From NCBI GenBank assembly GCA_964460325.1, contig CAYWPI010000001.1:11105-75104 (forward strand): 64,000 nucleotides of DNA, given 5' to 3'. The translations under genes were made by a program, and so were the position numbers. Positions 28,095 through 38,718 of the stretch are shown here, piece after piece (position 1 is the stretch's first letter; each line of letters starts with the position of its first letter). The DNA comes from an uncultured Candidatus Saccharibacteria bacterium. GTDB taxonomy: Bacteria; Patescibacteriota; Minisyncoccia; UBA6257; 1-14-0-10-44-23. The notes beneath the pieces were generated by a model that did not search any database, was not told the origin of the DNA, and saw nothing but the letters and a program-made list of their open reading frames with translations.

Positions 28095-28448
28095 TCAACT
28101 GCTAGTTGCCGCGGTTGAAGTGGGCACAGAAGAAGTTGCAGTCGTACTGCTTGCCGGATTGGCTGATCCTGCCGGCAACACGGGAGCGGTTGTCGTCGCA
28201 GGCACGCTCGGAACTGTTGAAGAACCGCTGGTTGTCGCTGGCCGCAAACCGAGCGCCTCAAAAGCTTTGAAATCAAAGTGCCCAGAGGTATCGTTGGTAC
28301 TCGCTGGTCTTCCAAAAACTCGATATACCTTTTCAGTAAGTCCATTCACTAACGAAACCACATAAATTGAAACACCAACAACAATAATGCTAATGAGCAC
28401 GATCGCGATCATTTCTTTTTTCCGATCAGCAAATTTATGAAGTTTCAT
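28095..28448 (-). CDS. Ser/Thr-rich membrane-anchored small protein
   Basis: N-terminal transmembrane segment and a low-complexity S/T/A/P-rich tail. Confidence 0.4.
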   Translation of the reverse strand: MKLHKFADRKKEMIAIVLISIIVVGVSIYVVSLVNGLTEKVYRVFGRPASTNDTSGHFDFKAFEALGLRPATTSGSSTVPSVPATTTAPVLPAGSANPASSTTATSSVPTSTAATSS

Positions 28449-28560
28449 TCCAGTGAGAAATAGTTGCGATAACGACTTTTATCAAAGCTCATTTTCGGTG
28501 AAATCATAACGTTTATTATATCCCATAACATCGCGCTCAATTTTTCACTCACCCATTTCT

Positions 28561-29085
28561 TTAACGAGTAAATATTTCTCCAGAAGTTCCAAGCGTATAC
28601 CGCGCGTTTTCCGCACGCACCAAGTCAACCGACGAAAGACTCGTGAAATAGGGATGAGCTTCAAATGCTTTCATGAACGCCAAGATATTATCGAACTCCC
28701 CACCCAAAGACATCGTAAAGCGAATACTCCCCGGCTGCCCAACAACACTAGGCGTTTCATTACCAAATGAGAACCCAAGATCAATTGCGTGTTCTTTCGC
28801 GCGTTTTTCGAGCTCACGCGGAAAACCAATGAGTTGATCGCGATTCGGCAGGGCGGCTTCCAGCAAAGCATAATCTGATCTGGCTTGCAGCGCCTCTTTC
28901 TGAAGGTCACTGAATATCAACATTGACTGCGATCGTATTATTGTTTCATCACGCCGCGCCTCAATGCGCCTCATCCGCTTGTTAATATCGAAATTTAAAA
29001 CGATAATAATGACGGCAACCACCACAATGGAGATGGTTGCTGAAAGAAGCTGCTTCATCAGTCTTCGCTTGAAAGAGTCTGGCAT
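28561..29085 (-). CDS. Hypothetical membrane-anchored protein (PilO/GspM-like topology)
   Basis: Single N-terminal transmembrane segment plus a ~130-aa periplasmic domain. Weak call. Confidence 0.35.
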   Translation of the reverse strand: MPDSFKRRLMKQLLSATISIVVVAVIIIVLNFDINKRMRRIEARRDETIIRSQSMLIFSDLQKEALQARSDYALLEAALPNRDQLIGFPRELEKRAKEHAIDLGFSFGNETPSVVGQPGSIRFTMSLGGEFDNILAFMKAFEAHPYFTSLSSVDLVRAENARYTLGTSGEIFTR

Positions 29086-29125
29086 GAGTTCTTGTGTTCT
29101 ATTATATCACAGGCAAAAAAACCTT

Positions 29126-30166
29126 ATGACCGCATCAATCGAACACTATAGCTTTAATGCTCTCGCCACATGGGCACATGGCGATTATCGAAAACTGCAT
29201 GCGCTTTTTACTCAGTACGGCTCATGGCATACCGCTTACCAAAAGAACGCGCACACGGTGGGCGATGCGGACACGTACTGGAAAAAATTAGCACAAAAGA
29301 ATATTCGCCTCGTGCTAGAAACCGATGATGCATTTCCAGAACTATTGCGCGAAATTCCCTGGAAACCTTTTGCGCTGTACGCCATTGGCGCCCCACTTGC
29401 CCCTACGCGGAAAATCGCAGTCGTAGGCACTCGCAAGGCAAGCGCCGCAGGACTAGAAATTGCCAAACGCCTCAGTAGTGAGCTTGCCGCCGCGAGATTG
29501 AGTATTGTAAGTGGGCTGGCATTGGGCATCGACGCAGCGGCGCACGAAGGTGCGTTAGCCGCTTTTGGCAATACCGTCGCCGTACTCGCCTGCGGCCTTG
29601 ACTCAATCTATCCACGGCAAAACGAGCATCTTGCTAATAAAATACTTGCCAGCGGCGGTACCATCGTTACTGAATACCCGCCGGGTTCGCCCGCATTACA
29701 GCAACGCTTTCTTGAACGTAATAGAATCACAAGTGGTTTATGCGAAGGAGTAGTAGTAATTGAGGCTCCCATAAAATCAGGAGTACAATCAACTGCTCGC
29801 TTTGCTATCGAACAAAACCGTGAGGTCTTTGTACTACCCGGAATGGTCACCAACCCAAATTATGCCGGCAGTCATCAATTGATACGCGCAGGCGCACAGC
29901 TTGTCACCAAGAGCGCTGAAATTCTTGAACATCTTGAAATAAAACCAAGGAGCAATCAGACTCTGTTTGCGCAAGGCGGATTTGACAAACTTGAGAAATC
30001 GCACAAAATCATCTTACGCGAGCTCACTGAAAGTGGATTGCCGCTTTCAGTTGATGCGCTCACCGAACGCACAGAAATGACTGCGGCAGAAATCGCAGAA
30101 ATTCTCACTATGCTTACGATTGATGGCATGATCGCGGAAGAAAACGGAACCTATTATATTGCCTAA
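29126..30166 (+). CDS. dprA: DNA processing protein A (DprA/Smf)
   Basis: Rossmann core IAVVGTRKAS...GLALGIDAAAH. Start moved to MTASIEHY to avoid overlap with the upstream ORF. Confidence 0.8.
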   Translation: MTASIEHYSFNALATWAHGDYRKLHALFTQYGSWHTAYQKNAHTVGDADTYWKKLAQKNIRLVLETDDAFPELLREIPWKPFALYAIGAPLAPTRKIAVVGTRKASAAGLEIAKRLSSELAAARLSIVSGLALGIDAAAHEGALAAFGNTVAVLACGLDSIYPRQNEHLANKILASGGTIVTEYPPGSPALQQRFLERNRITSGLCEGVVVIEAPIKSGVQSTARFAIEQNREVFVLPGMVTNPNYAGSHQLIRAGAQLVTKSAEILEHLEIKPRSNQTLFAQGGFDKLEKSHKIILRELTESGLPLSVDALTERTEMTAAEIAEILTMLTIDGMIAEENGTYYIA

Positions 30167-30183
30167 CATCTTAATGAAATATC

Positions 30184-32256
30184 ATGGCAGCAAAATATAC
30201 CCTCATCATCGTTGAATCGCCAACCAAAGCGACAACGATCGGAAAGTTTTTAGATAAAAATTATCGTGTCGAATCTTCATACGGCCACGTGCGCGATCTG
30301 CCCCGAAGTCGATTTGGCATTGATATCGAACACGGCTTTGAGCCCCAATATATCATTCCCGTCAAAGCCCGAAAGCGCGTTACTGAGCTTAAAAAAATAG
30401 CCAGTAAAGCCAGTGCCATTATTCTCGCATCCGATGAAGACCGCGAAGGAGAGGCAATCGCTTGGCACGTGCAGGGTGTGCTTTCTGAGGCCTCCAAAAA
30501 AGAGCCTGGGGTTAACCCGATAGCCGGTAAACCAGTGAGCCGTATTGTATTTCATGAAATAACCAAAGGCGCCATCGAACACGCCATTGCTCACCCGCGC
30601 GAACTTGATATGAATATGGTGAACGCTCAGCAAGCGCGTCGAATTTTGGATCGCCTGGTTGGTTATAAGCTCTCCCCCTTTTTATGGAAAAAAATCGCGA
30701 AAGGACTTTCAGCCGGTCGCGTGCAATCAGTTGCCCTGCGCCTTATTGTTGATCGCGAAAACGAAATCCGCGCTTTTAAACCGGAGGAATTTTGGAGCAT
30801 TACAGCTTTTTTGAAAAAGTCAGAAACGGCTAACGTTCGCATTGAAGCCGCAGTCATCAAAATCGGCGATAAAGCTCTTCAAAAGTTCGATATTCCAAAC
30901 AGCGAGCAGGCAACGCATCTTGTTGACGATTTAAAAACCGCCGATTACAAAGTGGCAAGCGTCAAAAAGACCGAAACTCGGAAAAATCCTCTCCCCCCAT
31001 TTACCACCAGCACGCTTCAGCAAACAGCCAGTAGCCGCCTTGGTTATTCAGCAAAAAAAACCATGATGTTTGCGCAAATGCTCTACGAAAAAGGGCTTAT
31101 TACGTATATGCGCACTGATTCAGTGAATCTTTCCAAAGAGTCGGTTCTTGCCGCCAAAGAGTGGCTGGTACAAGAACTTGGCGCTCGGTATGCCTTGCCC
31201 GAACCACGCATCTTTACGGGTAAATCAAAACTTGCCCAAGAAGCCCATGAAGCCATTCGCCCCACCAAACTCATTCGTGCCGAAGATATCGAAGTGAAAG
31301 AGGAGGCCGAGCGAAAAATATATCGCCTTATCTGGGAACGCTTTGTCGCCAGCCAAATGCCACAAGCTGTTTTTGACGCCACCCAAGTGGACATCACGGC
31401 TCGAGGCAAAATCGAAACCTATACGCTGCGCGCAAATGGCAATACCATGAAGTTTGATGGATATCTTAAAATATACAATCAGAATTTTGAAGAAAAAGAA
31501 ATTCCACCCGTAGCCGAGGCTGATACATTGATTGTCTCTGAAATCAAACCAGAGCAACACTTTACCGAACCACCGTCTCGCTTTACAGAAGCTAGGCTTA
31601 TCAAAACCCTGGAAGAGTATGGTATCGGCCGGCCCTCCACGTATGTGCCCATCATCTCAGTTATCCAAAGCCGCAATTACGTGAAGAAAGAAGGTGGTAG
31701 TTTTCTGCCGACTGAAATCGGTGAAATCGTAAACAAGATTCTTACAAAGAACTTCCCGGAAATTGTCGATATCAACTTTACGGCGACGATGGAAGAAAAA
31801 CTTGACTTGGTTGCTGCTGGCACGGAACGCTGGCAAGAACTGCTTACTAATTTTTACACGCCATTTAACGCCAACTTAGAGGCAAAATATCTTTCGGTTG
31901 ACAAGGAGTTTGAAGATGAAAAAACAAATGAAGTATGCGAAAAATGCGGTAAGCCAATGGTTATTAAATTCGGACGGTTTGGCAAGTTTCTCGCATGCAC
32001 CGGTTTCCCCGACTGCAAAAACGCAAAACCCTATGGCCAAGCCGCTCCCAAAAAGATTGGCTTGAAATGCCCGAAGTGCTCTATCGGCGAAGTAGTAGAA
32101 AAATGGACTCGCAGGGGCCGCAAAAAAATGTTCTGGGGATGCGACCGATATCCTGATTGCGATTTTGCCAGCTGGAACAATCCACTGGAACCGGCACCAG
32201 AGCCAAAACCAAGCAAGCCTAAAAAAACACGTCCGCAAGACAAAAAGCAGATATAA
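30184..32256 (+). CDS. topA: DNA topoisomerase I
   Basis: TOPRIM N-terminus LIIVESPTKA, catalytic region, and C-terminal zinc ribbons. Confidence 0.9.
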   Translation: MAAKYTLIIVESPTKATTIGKFLDKNYRVESSYGHVRDLPRSRFGIDIEHGFEPQYIIPVKARKRVTELKKIASKASAIILASDEDREGEAIAWHVQGVLSEASKKEPGVNPIAGKPVSRIVFHEITKGAIEHAIAHPRELDMNMVNAQQARRILDRLVGYKLSPFLWKKIAKGLSAGRVQSVALRLIVDRENEIRAFKPEEFWSITAFLKKSETANVRIEAAVIKIGDKALQKFDIPNSEQATHLVDDLKTADYKVASVKKTETRKNPLPPFTTSTLQQTASSRLGYSAKKTMMFAQMLYEKGLITYMRTDSVNLSKESVLAAKEWLVQELGARYALPEPRIFTGKSKLAQEAHEAIRPTKLIRAEDIEVKEEAERKIYRLIWERFVASQMPQAVFDATQVDITARGKIETYTLRANGNTMKFDGYLKIYNQNFEEKEIPPVAEADTLIVSEIKPEQHFTEPPSRFTEARLIKTLEEYGIGRPSTYVPIISVIQSRNYVKKEGGSFLPTEIGEIVNKILTKNFPEIVDINFTATMEEKLDLVAAGTERWQELLTNFYTPFNANLEAKYLSVDKEFEDEKTNEVCEKCGKPMVIKFGRFGKFLACTGFPDCKNAKPYGQAAPKKIGLKCPKCSIGEVVEKWTRRGRKKMFWGCDRYPDCDFASWNNPLEPAPEPKPSKPKKTRPQDKKQI

Positions 32257-32295
32257 ACTGGTCTTGTCAGCAATGCGACCATTATCTCGCACGCA

Positions 32296-33987
32296 ATGAA
32301 AAAACTTGATACGCTGCTTAAAGAAAATCCAAAGGTAAGGCGGGCTAGTGAATTTGCCCGTGAAGTGCATCAGGGACAGCGGCGCAAGAATGGCGATCCT
32401 TATTATTACCATCCTCTTGCGGTTGCACACAGCCTTGCCGATTGGGAATTAGACGAAGCAACCATTATTGCCGGCTTTTTGCATGGCCTGCATGAAACTG
32501 GCTCAATCCCGACCGAAAAAATCCGGACAGATTTTGGCGATGAAGTGATCACTCTGCTTGATGGCGTGCGCAATATTCGAAAAATCACCTATCAGGGAGC
32601 AAGCAGAGATGTCGAAACATTCCGCAAATTTATTCTGCAAGTCGGCAAAGACGTTCGCGCAATGCTTATTCAGCTCGCCAGCCGACTGGACAATTTAAAG
32701 CTACTCTATGTTCAAGATACTCAAACGCAACGGCGCGTCGCTCTTGAAACGCTCGAAGTCCACGCACCGCTCGCCTATCGCCTGGGCATGTATAAACTGG
32801 GTGGTGAACTTGAAGATCTCGCCTTCCCTTATCTTTACCCAAAGGAATATAAGTGGATATTAAAAAATCTGAAAGATTTATATGAGACCCGCGAACGTTA
32901 TGTCGAAAAATTGAAAGCGTTGGTGGAGGCAAGTCTTAAGGCACACGGACTTGAACCAGTCGAAATGCATTCGCGCGCCAAGCGATATGCCAGTCTGTAT
33001 AAAAAGTTGCTCAAATACGACATGAAGCTTGACGATATTTATGATCTTGTCGCGCTTCGCATTGTGGTGAATACGGTTGAGGAATGTTATCAGGCGCTTG
33101 AAATTATCAATCGATATTGGCCGCCACACCCGGAAGGATTCGATGATTATATCGAGCACCCAAAACCAAACGGTTACCGCAGCTTGCACGCGAATATTTA
33201 TGGCCCCGAAAAAAAGATAACCGAAATTCAAATTCGCACCAAAGAAATGCATTATGAAGCCGAACTTGGCATTGCGGCGCGTTTTGCCTATGACCGCCTG
33301 AAAGAAAGCCCCCACTATGGCAAAGGCGGTATTGCGGCCACGACAAAGAGCGACTCGTGGATCAGGCGATTATTGCAATGGAGAGCCAATCCAAAACAAG
33401 GCCTTAAAGTGGATATCTTCGACACGAATATTTTGGTTATTAGCCCCAAACAAGAGCTAGTTGAAATTCCTGCTGGTTCCAGCGCACTTGATTATGCATT
33501 TAAAATCCACTCACGACTTGGACTGCGAGCAAAAGAGGCAATTATCAATGGCGCGCCCAAACCAGTTACTACCCCGCTCGCTTTTGGCGACGTGGTGCAG
33601 ATTGTTGAGGATGAAGCGGTAACCCCCACGCCTGAATGGCTCACCCACGTGGTTACTCCACATGCCAAAAGCCACATCAAGTCAGCCTTAGATAAAAAGC
33701 CGATATCACCTGCTATTGCCACACCTCGCGCCTCTGCTGAAAAAAATATTATCAACCTCTATCACACAGCTCAAACAGGTATCTTGCCGGCAATTCTACG
33801 GCTTCTTCATGAATCGGGCGTTATGATTGAAAAAACAAATGTCCTTACCACGGGCGTTATTTCAAAATCTCCAACGATAACGCTTATTACCGGACGCATA
33901 GCAGACCAAGCCAAACTAACCGAAAAACTCAGCTGTATCGCCGGCGTCACCAAGGTTGGCATCAAGCCGTACAAAGCGAAAGACTAA
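32296..33987 (+). CDS. rel: Bifunctional (p)ppGpp synthetase/hydrolase (Rel/SpoT homolog)
   Basis: HD domain (HPLAVA), synthetase domain (RIVVNT...YRSLH) and a TGS-like C-terminus. Confidence 0.85.
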   Translation: MKKLDTLLKENPKVRRASEFAREVHQGQRRKNGDPYYYHPLAVAHSLADWELDEATIIAGFLHGLHETGSIPTEKIRTDFGDEVITLLDGVRNIRKITYQGASRDVETFRKFILQVGKDVRAMLIQLASRLDNLKLLYVQDTQTQRRVALETLEVHAPLAYRLGMYKLGGELEDLAFPYLYPKEYKWILKNLKDLYETRERYVEKLKALVEASLKAHGLEPVEMHSRAKRYASLYKKLLKYDMKLDDIYDLVALRIVVNTVEECYQALEIINRYWPPHPEGFDDYIEHPKPNGYRSLHANIYGPEKKITEIQIRTKEMHYEAELGIAARFAYDRLKESPHYGKGGIAATTKSDSWIRRLLQWRANPKQGLKVDIFDTNILVISPKQELVEIPAGSSALDYAFKIHSRLGLRAKEAIINGAPKPVTTPLAFGDVVQIVEDEAVTPTPEWLTHVVTPHAKSHIKSALDKKPISPAIATPRASAEKNIINLYHTAQTGILPAILRLLHESGVMIEKTNVLTTGVISKSPTITLITGRIADQAKLTEKLSCIAGVTKVGIKPYKAKD

Positions 33988-34928
33988 AGATGAAAAGAGT
34001 CGGCAGCACTTAGCGGCTTAGCATTGTGCGAATCGGTATCAGCCGGTGCATCAGCCGCCGCTGGCATGATAGATTGTGCCTGAGACTGCGCACTAGAAGT
34101 GGCGATTTTATCTAAAATGGCGTGCAGCTCTTCCGGCGAGAAAAATTCGATGGTGATTTTGCCAATGCGCCCGGTTTTTTCAAGTTTTACGCTCGTACCA
34201 AGCGCCTCTTCAAGCTCTTTTTGAATGAGATCCGCCTCTGGATCGGGCATAGCCGGGGCAATCGTGTCCATTGATTTCTTCTTCGCGCCCTTAAAGCCCT
34301 CAATGCGCATACGCAACTCTCTCACGCTTAAATTATTTTTCAGTATATCTTCGAAAAAATTCTGCTGCTGCGCCATATCTTCAACTGAAAGCAGCAACCT
34401 TGCCTGACTTTCCGAAAGCTGGCCGCGACTGAGCGCGTCTTGCATCTGCGTGGGCAGATTTAATAAGCGCATCGTATTAGCAACTGCTTCGCGGCTCTTA
34501 CCAATACGCACCGCAATCTCACGCTGGGTCAGTTTAAACTCATCCTGGAGACGATTATATGCCTTGGCGGCTTCGACTGGATTAAGATTGGCGCGCTGAA
34601 CGTTTTCAACAATCGCCATTTCAAGACGCTCACGATCAAGCTGAACGTTTTTTACAATCGCCGGAATACGCTCAAGCCCCAGGAGCTTACTGGCGCGCAA
34701 TCGGCGCTCACCGGCAATCAGCTCATAGCGAACATTCGTCCCACTCTCGGTCTCCTCAATGATCTTAGTGACTACGAGCGGCTGCAATATGCCAAACTCA
34801 CGGATGGAGTTGGCAAGTTCGCGAAGCTCTTCCTCATTAAAAACCTTGCGCGGCTGGAAAGGATTGACGCTTATCTTATCGACTTCAATAAGATACACGG
34901 GCTCCTGAATTGGAGGATCTTGGATCAT
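33984..34928 (-). CDS. parB: ParB/Spo0J partition protein
   Basis: ParB box GERRLRA and HTH region. Confidence 0.8.
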   Translation of the reverse strand: MIQDPPIQEPVYLIEVDKISVNPFQPRKVFNEEELRELANSIREFGILQPLVVTKIIEETESGTNVRYELIAGERRLRASKLLGLERIPAIVKNVQLDRERLEMAIVENVQRANLNPVEAAKAYNRLQDEFKLTQREIAVRIGKSREAVANTMRLLNLPTQMQDALSRGQLSESQARLLLSVEDMAQQQNFFEDILKNNLSVRELRMRIEGFKGAKKKSMDTIAPAMPDPEADLIQKELEEALGTSVKLEKTGRIGKITIEFFSPEELHAILDKIATSSAQSQAQSIMPAAADAPADTDSHNAKPLSAADSFHL

Positions 34929-35002
34929 ACTAAGAGAACTTTTTTAACTACCTTGATTTTAGCACAAAATAAAGCTTAAATATAGAAACCACACTCAAAG
35001 AC

Positions 35003-35085
35003 GCCGAGGTGGCGGAATGGCAGACGCACAGCACTCAAAATGCTGCGACCGCAAGGTCATGAGGGTTCGACTCCCTCCCTCGGCA
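35003..35085 (+). tRNA. tRNA-Leu(CAA)
   Basis: Manual fold: GCCGAGG acceptor, loop CTCAAAA, long variable arm, T-loop GGTTCGACTCC. Confidence 0.8.
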
Positions 35086-35246
35086 CACTTCGAAAAAGTC
35101 AAAGAGTTATAAGAGATCAGAAGCATCAGCGATGATTGACTCTCCTAACATTACCCTTGACATATAACTGATATTATGATATATAATGTAATAAATCCAA
35201 GCACGACTTTTGGATGGAATCAAACCGTACCTTTGAGGAGGACGAC

Positions 35247-35645
35247 ATGGCAGAGCTCAGAGAAAAAGTCGACGAAAACCCTCAGCGAAGGGCGCTGATG
35301 GACACTCTCGATCGGATCCGTGGACGCGCCCAGTCGCAGTTCGCCAACCCGCTCACGATCGAGCACTACCAACCAGACCCCAGGGAATGGTTTCCGGGGC
35401 ACCACCCATTCTTCTTCATCGCGGAGGTTCGCACGAAGTACTGGCTCGGCATCATCCCGCGCAAGCAGCGCTGGAATCTGTTCGCCATCTATCCGGGGTT
35501 CGCCGGCAGTGCGTACGGACTGAGGGAGATCGACTGCGCCGTATACAATCGCTCCCTGCTCGAGATCGTCAGGGAGGAGGTGCAGAAGTACGCAGACGCC
35601 TTCCAGGCGACTACCATCAACCTCAAGCAGGACTTCGTCTGCTAA
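35247..35645 (+). CDS. Hypothetical 132-aa protein, high-GC cassette f
   Basis: SD GAGGAGG before ATGGCAGAG. High GC. Own terminator. Confidence 0.4.
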   Translation: MAELREKVDENPQRRALMDTLDRIRGRAQSQFANPLTIEHYQPDPREWFPGHHPFFFIAEVRTKYWLGIIPRKQRWNLFAIYPGFAGSAYGLREIDCAVYNRSLLEIVREEVQKYADAFQATTINLKQDFVC

Positions 35646-35666
35646 CACACGCGAACGTCGAATCTA

Positions 35667-35707
35667 TCTGGGTCGGTCCGTAACAGGATCGACCCAGATT
35701 TCTTTTC
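35667..35707 (+). terminator. Terminator of cassette f
   Basis: Hairpin TCTGGGTCG...CGACCCAGA followed by TTTCTTTTC. Confidence 0.6.
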
Positions 35708-35878
35708 TATAAAGAATGATTTGTCACTGAGACTAAGATTTGCTTAAATCTAATGTGTTCATTATGAGAATCCTAAGTTGAGCGCCTATATGAAGCTTAA
35801 AAAAAATTTCTTATTTTATCTGACCGTTGTCATTATGCCACTTATCTTTCTGGCGCTTCTTATCGCCATTATCTTTGT

Positions 35879-36478
35879 TTAATGAAACCCCAGATCGGCT
35901 GGGTTATGATCTCCTGAAATGCGCCCCACCCTGCCCCCTGCTTTTTCAAACTGCTTGCGCAGCTTTGCCACGTCTTTTACCAAATCCCTTGTTTCTTCCG
36001 GAATTTCTTTTTTTATATAACCCTTTGACCAATAATCAATGACTAGCTTGCTGTCACCGAATATTTTTTCAGCGCCAGTTGCAATCGCTATTTGAAGAGC
36101 GAACTTGCAACCCAGCAGTTCGCCATAATTATTCGTTCCTTTCACGTTATATTTTCCGTGCTTGTTAATGTGCGACTTTGGCAGAATAAGCGAAAGCAGG
36201 TCTTTGCCATTCATATCAGTCACACTCACCTCCGTGCCGTCTCCCCGGCCGGTCCCCGCGTCAAAATAAATACCCGCTTCAAGTGTCGGCCTAATTTTCG
36301 ATTCATATTGAGCGCCAGAAGAAAGCCAGGCTTCTGCCTCCTGGCGCGTCATAAACCCCTTAAATCGCGCCATTTTGCCCTTTACAGCCGCTTCACACGC
36401 CTTCCATGAGTCAACCACCGCTTTCTCGCCCGTGGCAAGCAGTATGTATGCATAGAACGAGTTCTTTTTTGATTTCAT
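35879..36478 (-). CDS. rnhA: Ribonuclease H1 with an N-terminal hybrid-binding (viroplasmin-like) domain
   Basis: HBD-like FYAY...GIY...W pattern plus DEDD-like RNase H residues. ATGA overlap with the msrB stop. Confidence 0.6.
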   Translation of the reverse strand: MKSKKNSFYAYILLATGEKAVVDSWKACEAAVKGKMARFKGFMTRQEAEAWLSSGAQYESKIRPTLEAGIYFDAGTGRGDGTEVSVTDMNGKDLLSLILPKSHINKHGKYNVKGTNNYGELLGCKFALQIAIATGAEKIFGDSKLVIDYWSKGYIKKEIPEETRDLVKDVAKLRKQFEKAGGRVGRISGDHNPADLGFH

Positions 36479-36858
36479 TGGGTTTTTTCGAGTTTTAAAC
36501 ACGCGGAGTTAATACAGTACCGCTTCCCACCTCTATCAGCAGGACCGTCATCGAACACGTGGCCCAAGTGACTGCCACAATTTTTGCAATTTACCTCAAC
36601 CCGGCTCATGTCATGACTTTTGTCTTCCCGCAGATCCACATTCTTTCGATTTACCGCATCAGTGAAGCTAGGCCAGCCAGTGCCAGAATCAAACTTTGCA
36701 TCTGAACTAAAAAGCTCATTACCGCACGCTGCACACTGATATATACCCTTCGCCTTCTCGTCGACATACTCACCGCTAAACGGCACCTCGGTTCCCTTTT
36801 GGCGCATAATCCGATATTGATCGGGGGTAAGTTTTTTCTTGAGTTCGTCCTCGTTCAT
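36475..36858 (-). CDS. msrB: Peptide methionine sulfoxide reductase MsrB
   Basis: CxxC...CxxC zinc motifs and a GWPSF-like region. Start chosen at MNEDELKK so the ORF no longer overlaps the tRNA. Confidence 0.85.
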   Translation of the reverse strand: MNEDELKKKLTPDQYRIMRQKGTEVPFSGEYVDEKAKGIYQCAACGNELFSSDAKFDSGTGWPSFTDAVNRKNVDLREDKSHDMSRVEVNCKNCGSHLGHVFDDGPADRGGKRYCINSACLKLEKTQ

Positions 36859-36872
36859 AAAATGATAGTGTG

Positions 36873-36957
36873 CGGAGAGGGTGAGATTCGAACTCACGGT
36901 GGGTTGCCCCACTCCTGTTTTCAAGACAGGTGCGTTAGACCGCTCCGCCACCTCTCC
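36873..36957 (-). tRNA. tRNA-Ser(TGA)
   Basis: Manual fold: GGAGAGG acceptor, loop CTTGAAA, long variable arm. Confidence 0.8.
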
Positions 36958-37046
36958 ATTGGTCTTCTGCCGATAATACCGCAAAAACACAGCGCCCGCC
37001 AAGTGGCGGGCGCCAGACTACACTACTACGTCCCTACTTTCCTACC

Positions 37047-37979
37047 CTACTGCTTTTGAAAAGGTGGATATCGGTCTGGGTCAATGGTTCGCTCAAAACA
37101 GGTGCGGCCGGCCTCGTGCTGCCAATTTTCTGCCGGATACCCATAATAATCAACGGGCACCGTCTTGTTGCCGACATCAGACATCAGCGATGCGGTGGCA
37201 AAAGTTGCACACAATTCAAAGGTAAGCGGCCCAGTAACTGTATACTCATACTCAGCGCCCGTTTCTGGGTCAACCGGCAAACTATATCCGCCGATCGGAT
37301 CTTTTACTTCTTCCAGGGTAACAGGAAGCTTTCGCTTGGCCTGCCAAAAATTAATCACCTGCCACTGCACCTCATTTAGGGCGCTTACTCTTTGCGCATC
37401 AAGGGCAAGCCGGCGATTTTCCGCCGGTGAACCCACAACAAAGAAAGCGCCAACCACAATAACTAATACAAACGCAAGCGTGCCCCACATAAACATTTTG
37501 CGCGCACCCTCTTTTGTCCCTGGTACGCGCCTTAGGTTAAACAGGTAATACCACAAAATAAGGCCGGCAACGAGCAATACCGCAAGTGCCTTAAGCCCGA
37601 ATCGAACCGTTAGCTCGCCCCCAAGAAAACTGTTCACAAGCATAATGAGGTCGACAATAATCGTAACTGCCGCAAGAAAGAGCGTCAGGTAAATCATCAC
37701 TCGGCGAATTCCAATATCACGCTTGGCCGGATTGCGATCAATATCGCGGCTCAAATAACGCATCACCAGCACATAAGCCGGGAACACAACAATGAGGAGT
37801 GAAACGGACCAGCGCATGCCAGCCGTCAGCCCATAGCTATACGCCGTAGCATCCGGAAACCACTTATTGACATACTCCCAAAGCAGGGAAATAACGCTTC
37901 CGGCCGAAAAATAAAGTGCGCCAGTGGCGAATAAATATAAAAAGAAGTCGCGGACACCGCCTTTTTGTGAGTTTTCCAT
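37047..37979 (-). CDS. Hypothetical integral membrane protein
   Basis: At least six transmembrane helices and a C-terminal soluble domain. Confidence 0.4.
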   Translation of the reverse strand: MENSQKGGVRDFFLYLFATGALYFSAGSVISLLWEYVNKWFPDATAYSYGLTAGMRWSVSLLIVVFPAYVLVMRYLSRDIDRNPAKRDIGIRRVMIYLTLFLAAVTIIVDLIMLVNSFLGGELTVRFGLKALAVLLVAGLILWYYLFNLRRVPGTKEGARKMFMWGTLAFVLVIVVGAFFVVGSPAENRRLALDAQRVSALNEVQWQVINFWQAKRKLPVTLEEVKDPIGGYSLPVDPETGAEYEYTVTGPLTFELCATFATASLMSDVGNKTVPVDYYGYPAENWQHEAGRTCFERTIDPDRYPPFQKQ

Positions 37980-38108
37980 CTCGTTAGAAATATTGGTTTA
38001 TAAACGACTATTACGATGACAAGTTCTCTGCAATGTGAACAGTATGGCTTACAGCTTTCGCCCGTTATGTCCAATTTCTAACGGGATCAATATTATTCTA
38101 ATAATACC

Positions 38109-38639
38109 TTATTTCATTATTTTTTTCACGTCTTTTTTCATATGCTCGATATCCTGCTCGATATGCTCAAGGCCCTTGATGTTGCGCCATGATTTTGGTA
38201 AGAACCAACGAATTGGCTTATTACCAAAAAAGATAAAAATCAGCATGATCAGCGAAATAATAATGACGATGTCAAACGTGTTCGGGAACAAATACTGACA
38301 CGCCAACCCGATTTTTTCGCCCGTGCAGTTAAGCAAAAGTCCAAGCTCGTCCACGATAAGACCAATGCCAACGCCAATGCAATAACTGAGAAAATGACGA
38401 ACTCCGTCGTGATTTGTCACCACGCCCACAATGGAAGTGACGGCCAAAATAAACATGCCGTAATAAAAGTGATGAATATGATAGCCTGCCAAAAACACAT
38501 AATAGGGCACAAACAGCGAATACAGGTGTGCCACGGTGAAGGTAACAAGAAACGCAAAAAGAACGTTAAAAAGCATTCGCGGGCTTTCGCGATGCCAATC
38601 ATTGCGCACCACCTTTATAAAACGATTGATAATGCTCAC
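38109..38639 (-). CDS. Hypothetical membrane protein
   Basis: Hydrophobic 176-aa ORF. Confidence 0.4.
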   Translation of the reverse strand: MSIINRFIKVVRNDWHRESPRMLFNVLFAFLVTFTVAHLYSLFVPYYVFLAGYHIHHFYYGMFILAVTSIVGVVTNHDGVRHFLSYCIGVGIGLIVDELGLLLNCTGEKIGLACQYLFPNTFDIVIIISLIMLIFIFFGNKPIRWFLPKSWRNIKGLEHIEQDIEHMKKDVKKIMK

Positions 38640-38718
38640 AGAAAAAGTATATCAAACAATGTGCCCCTACAGTATGTTAGCCACTTAACCAAGCATCAAC
38701 TCAAGTCGACAAATCCCC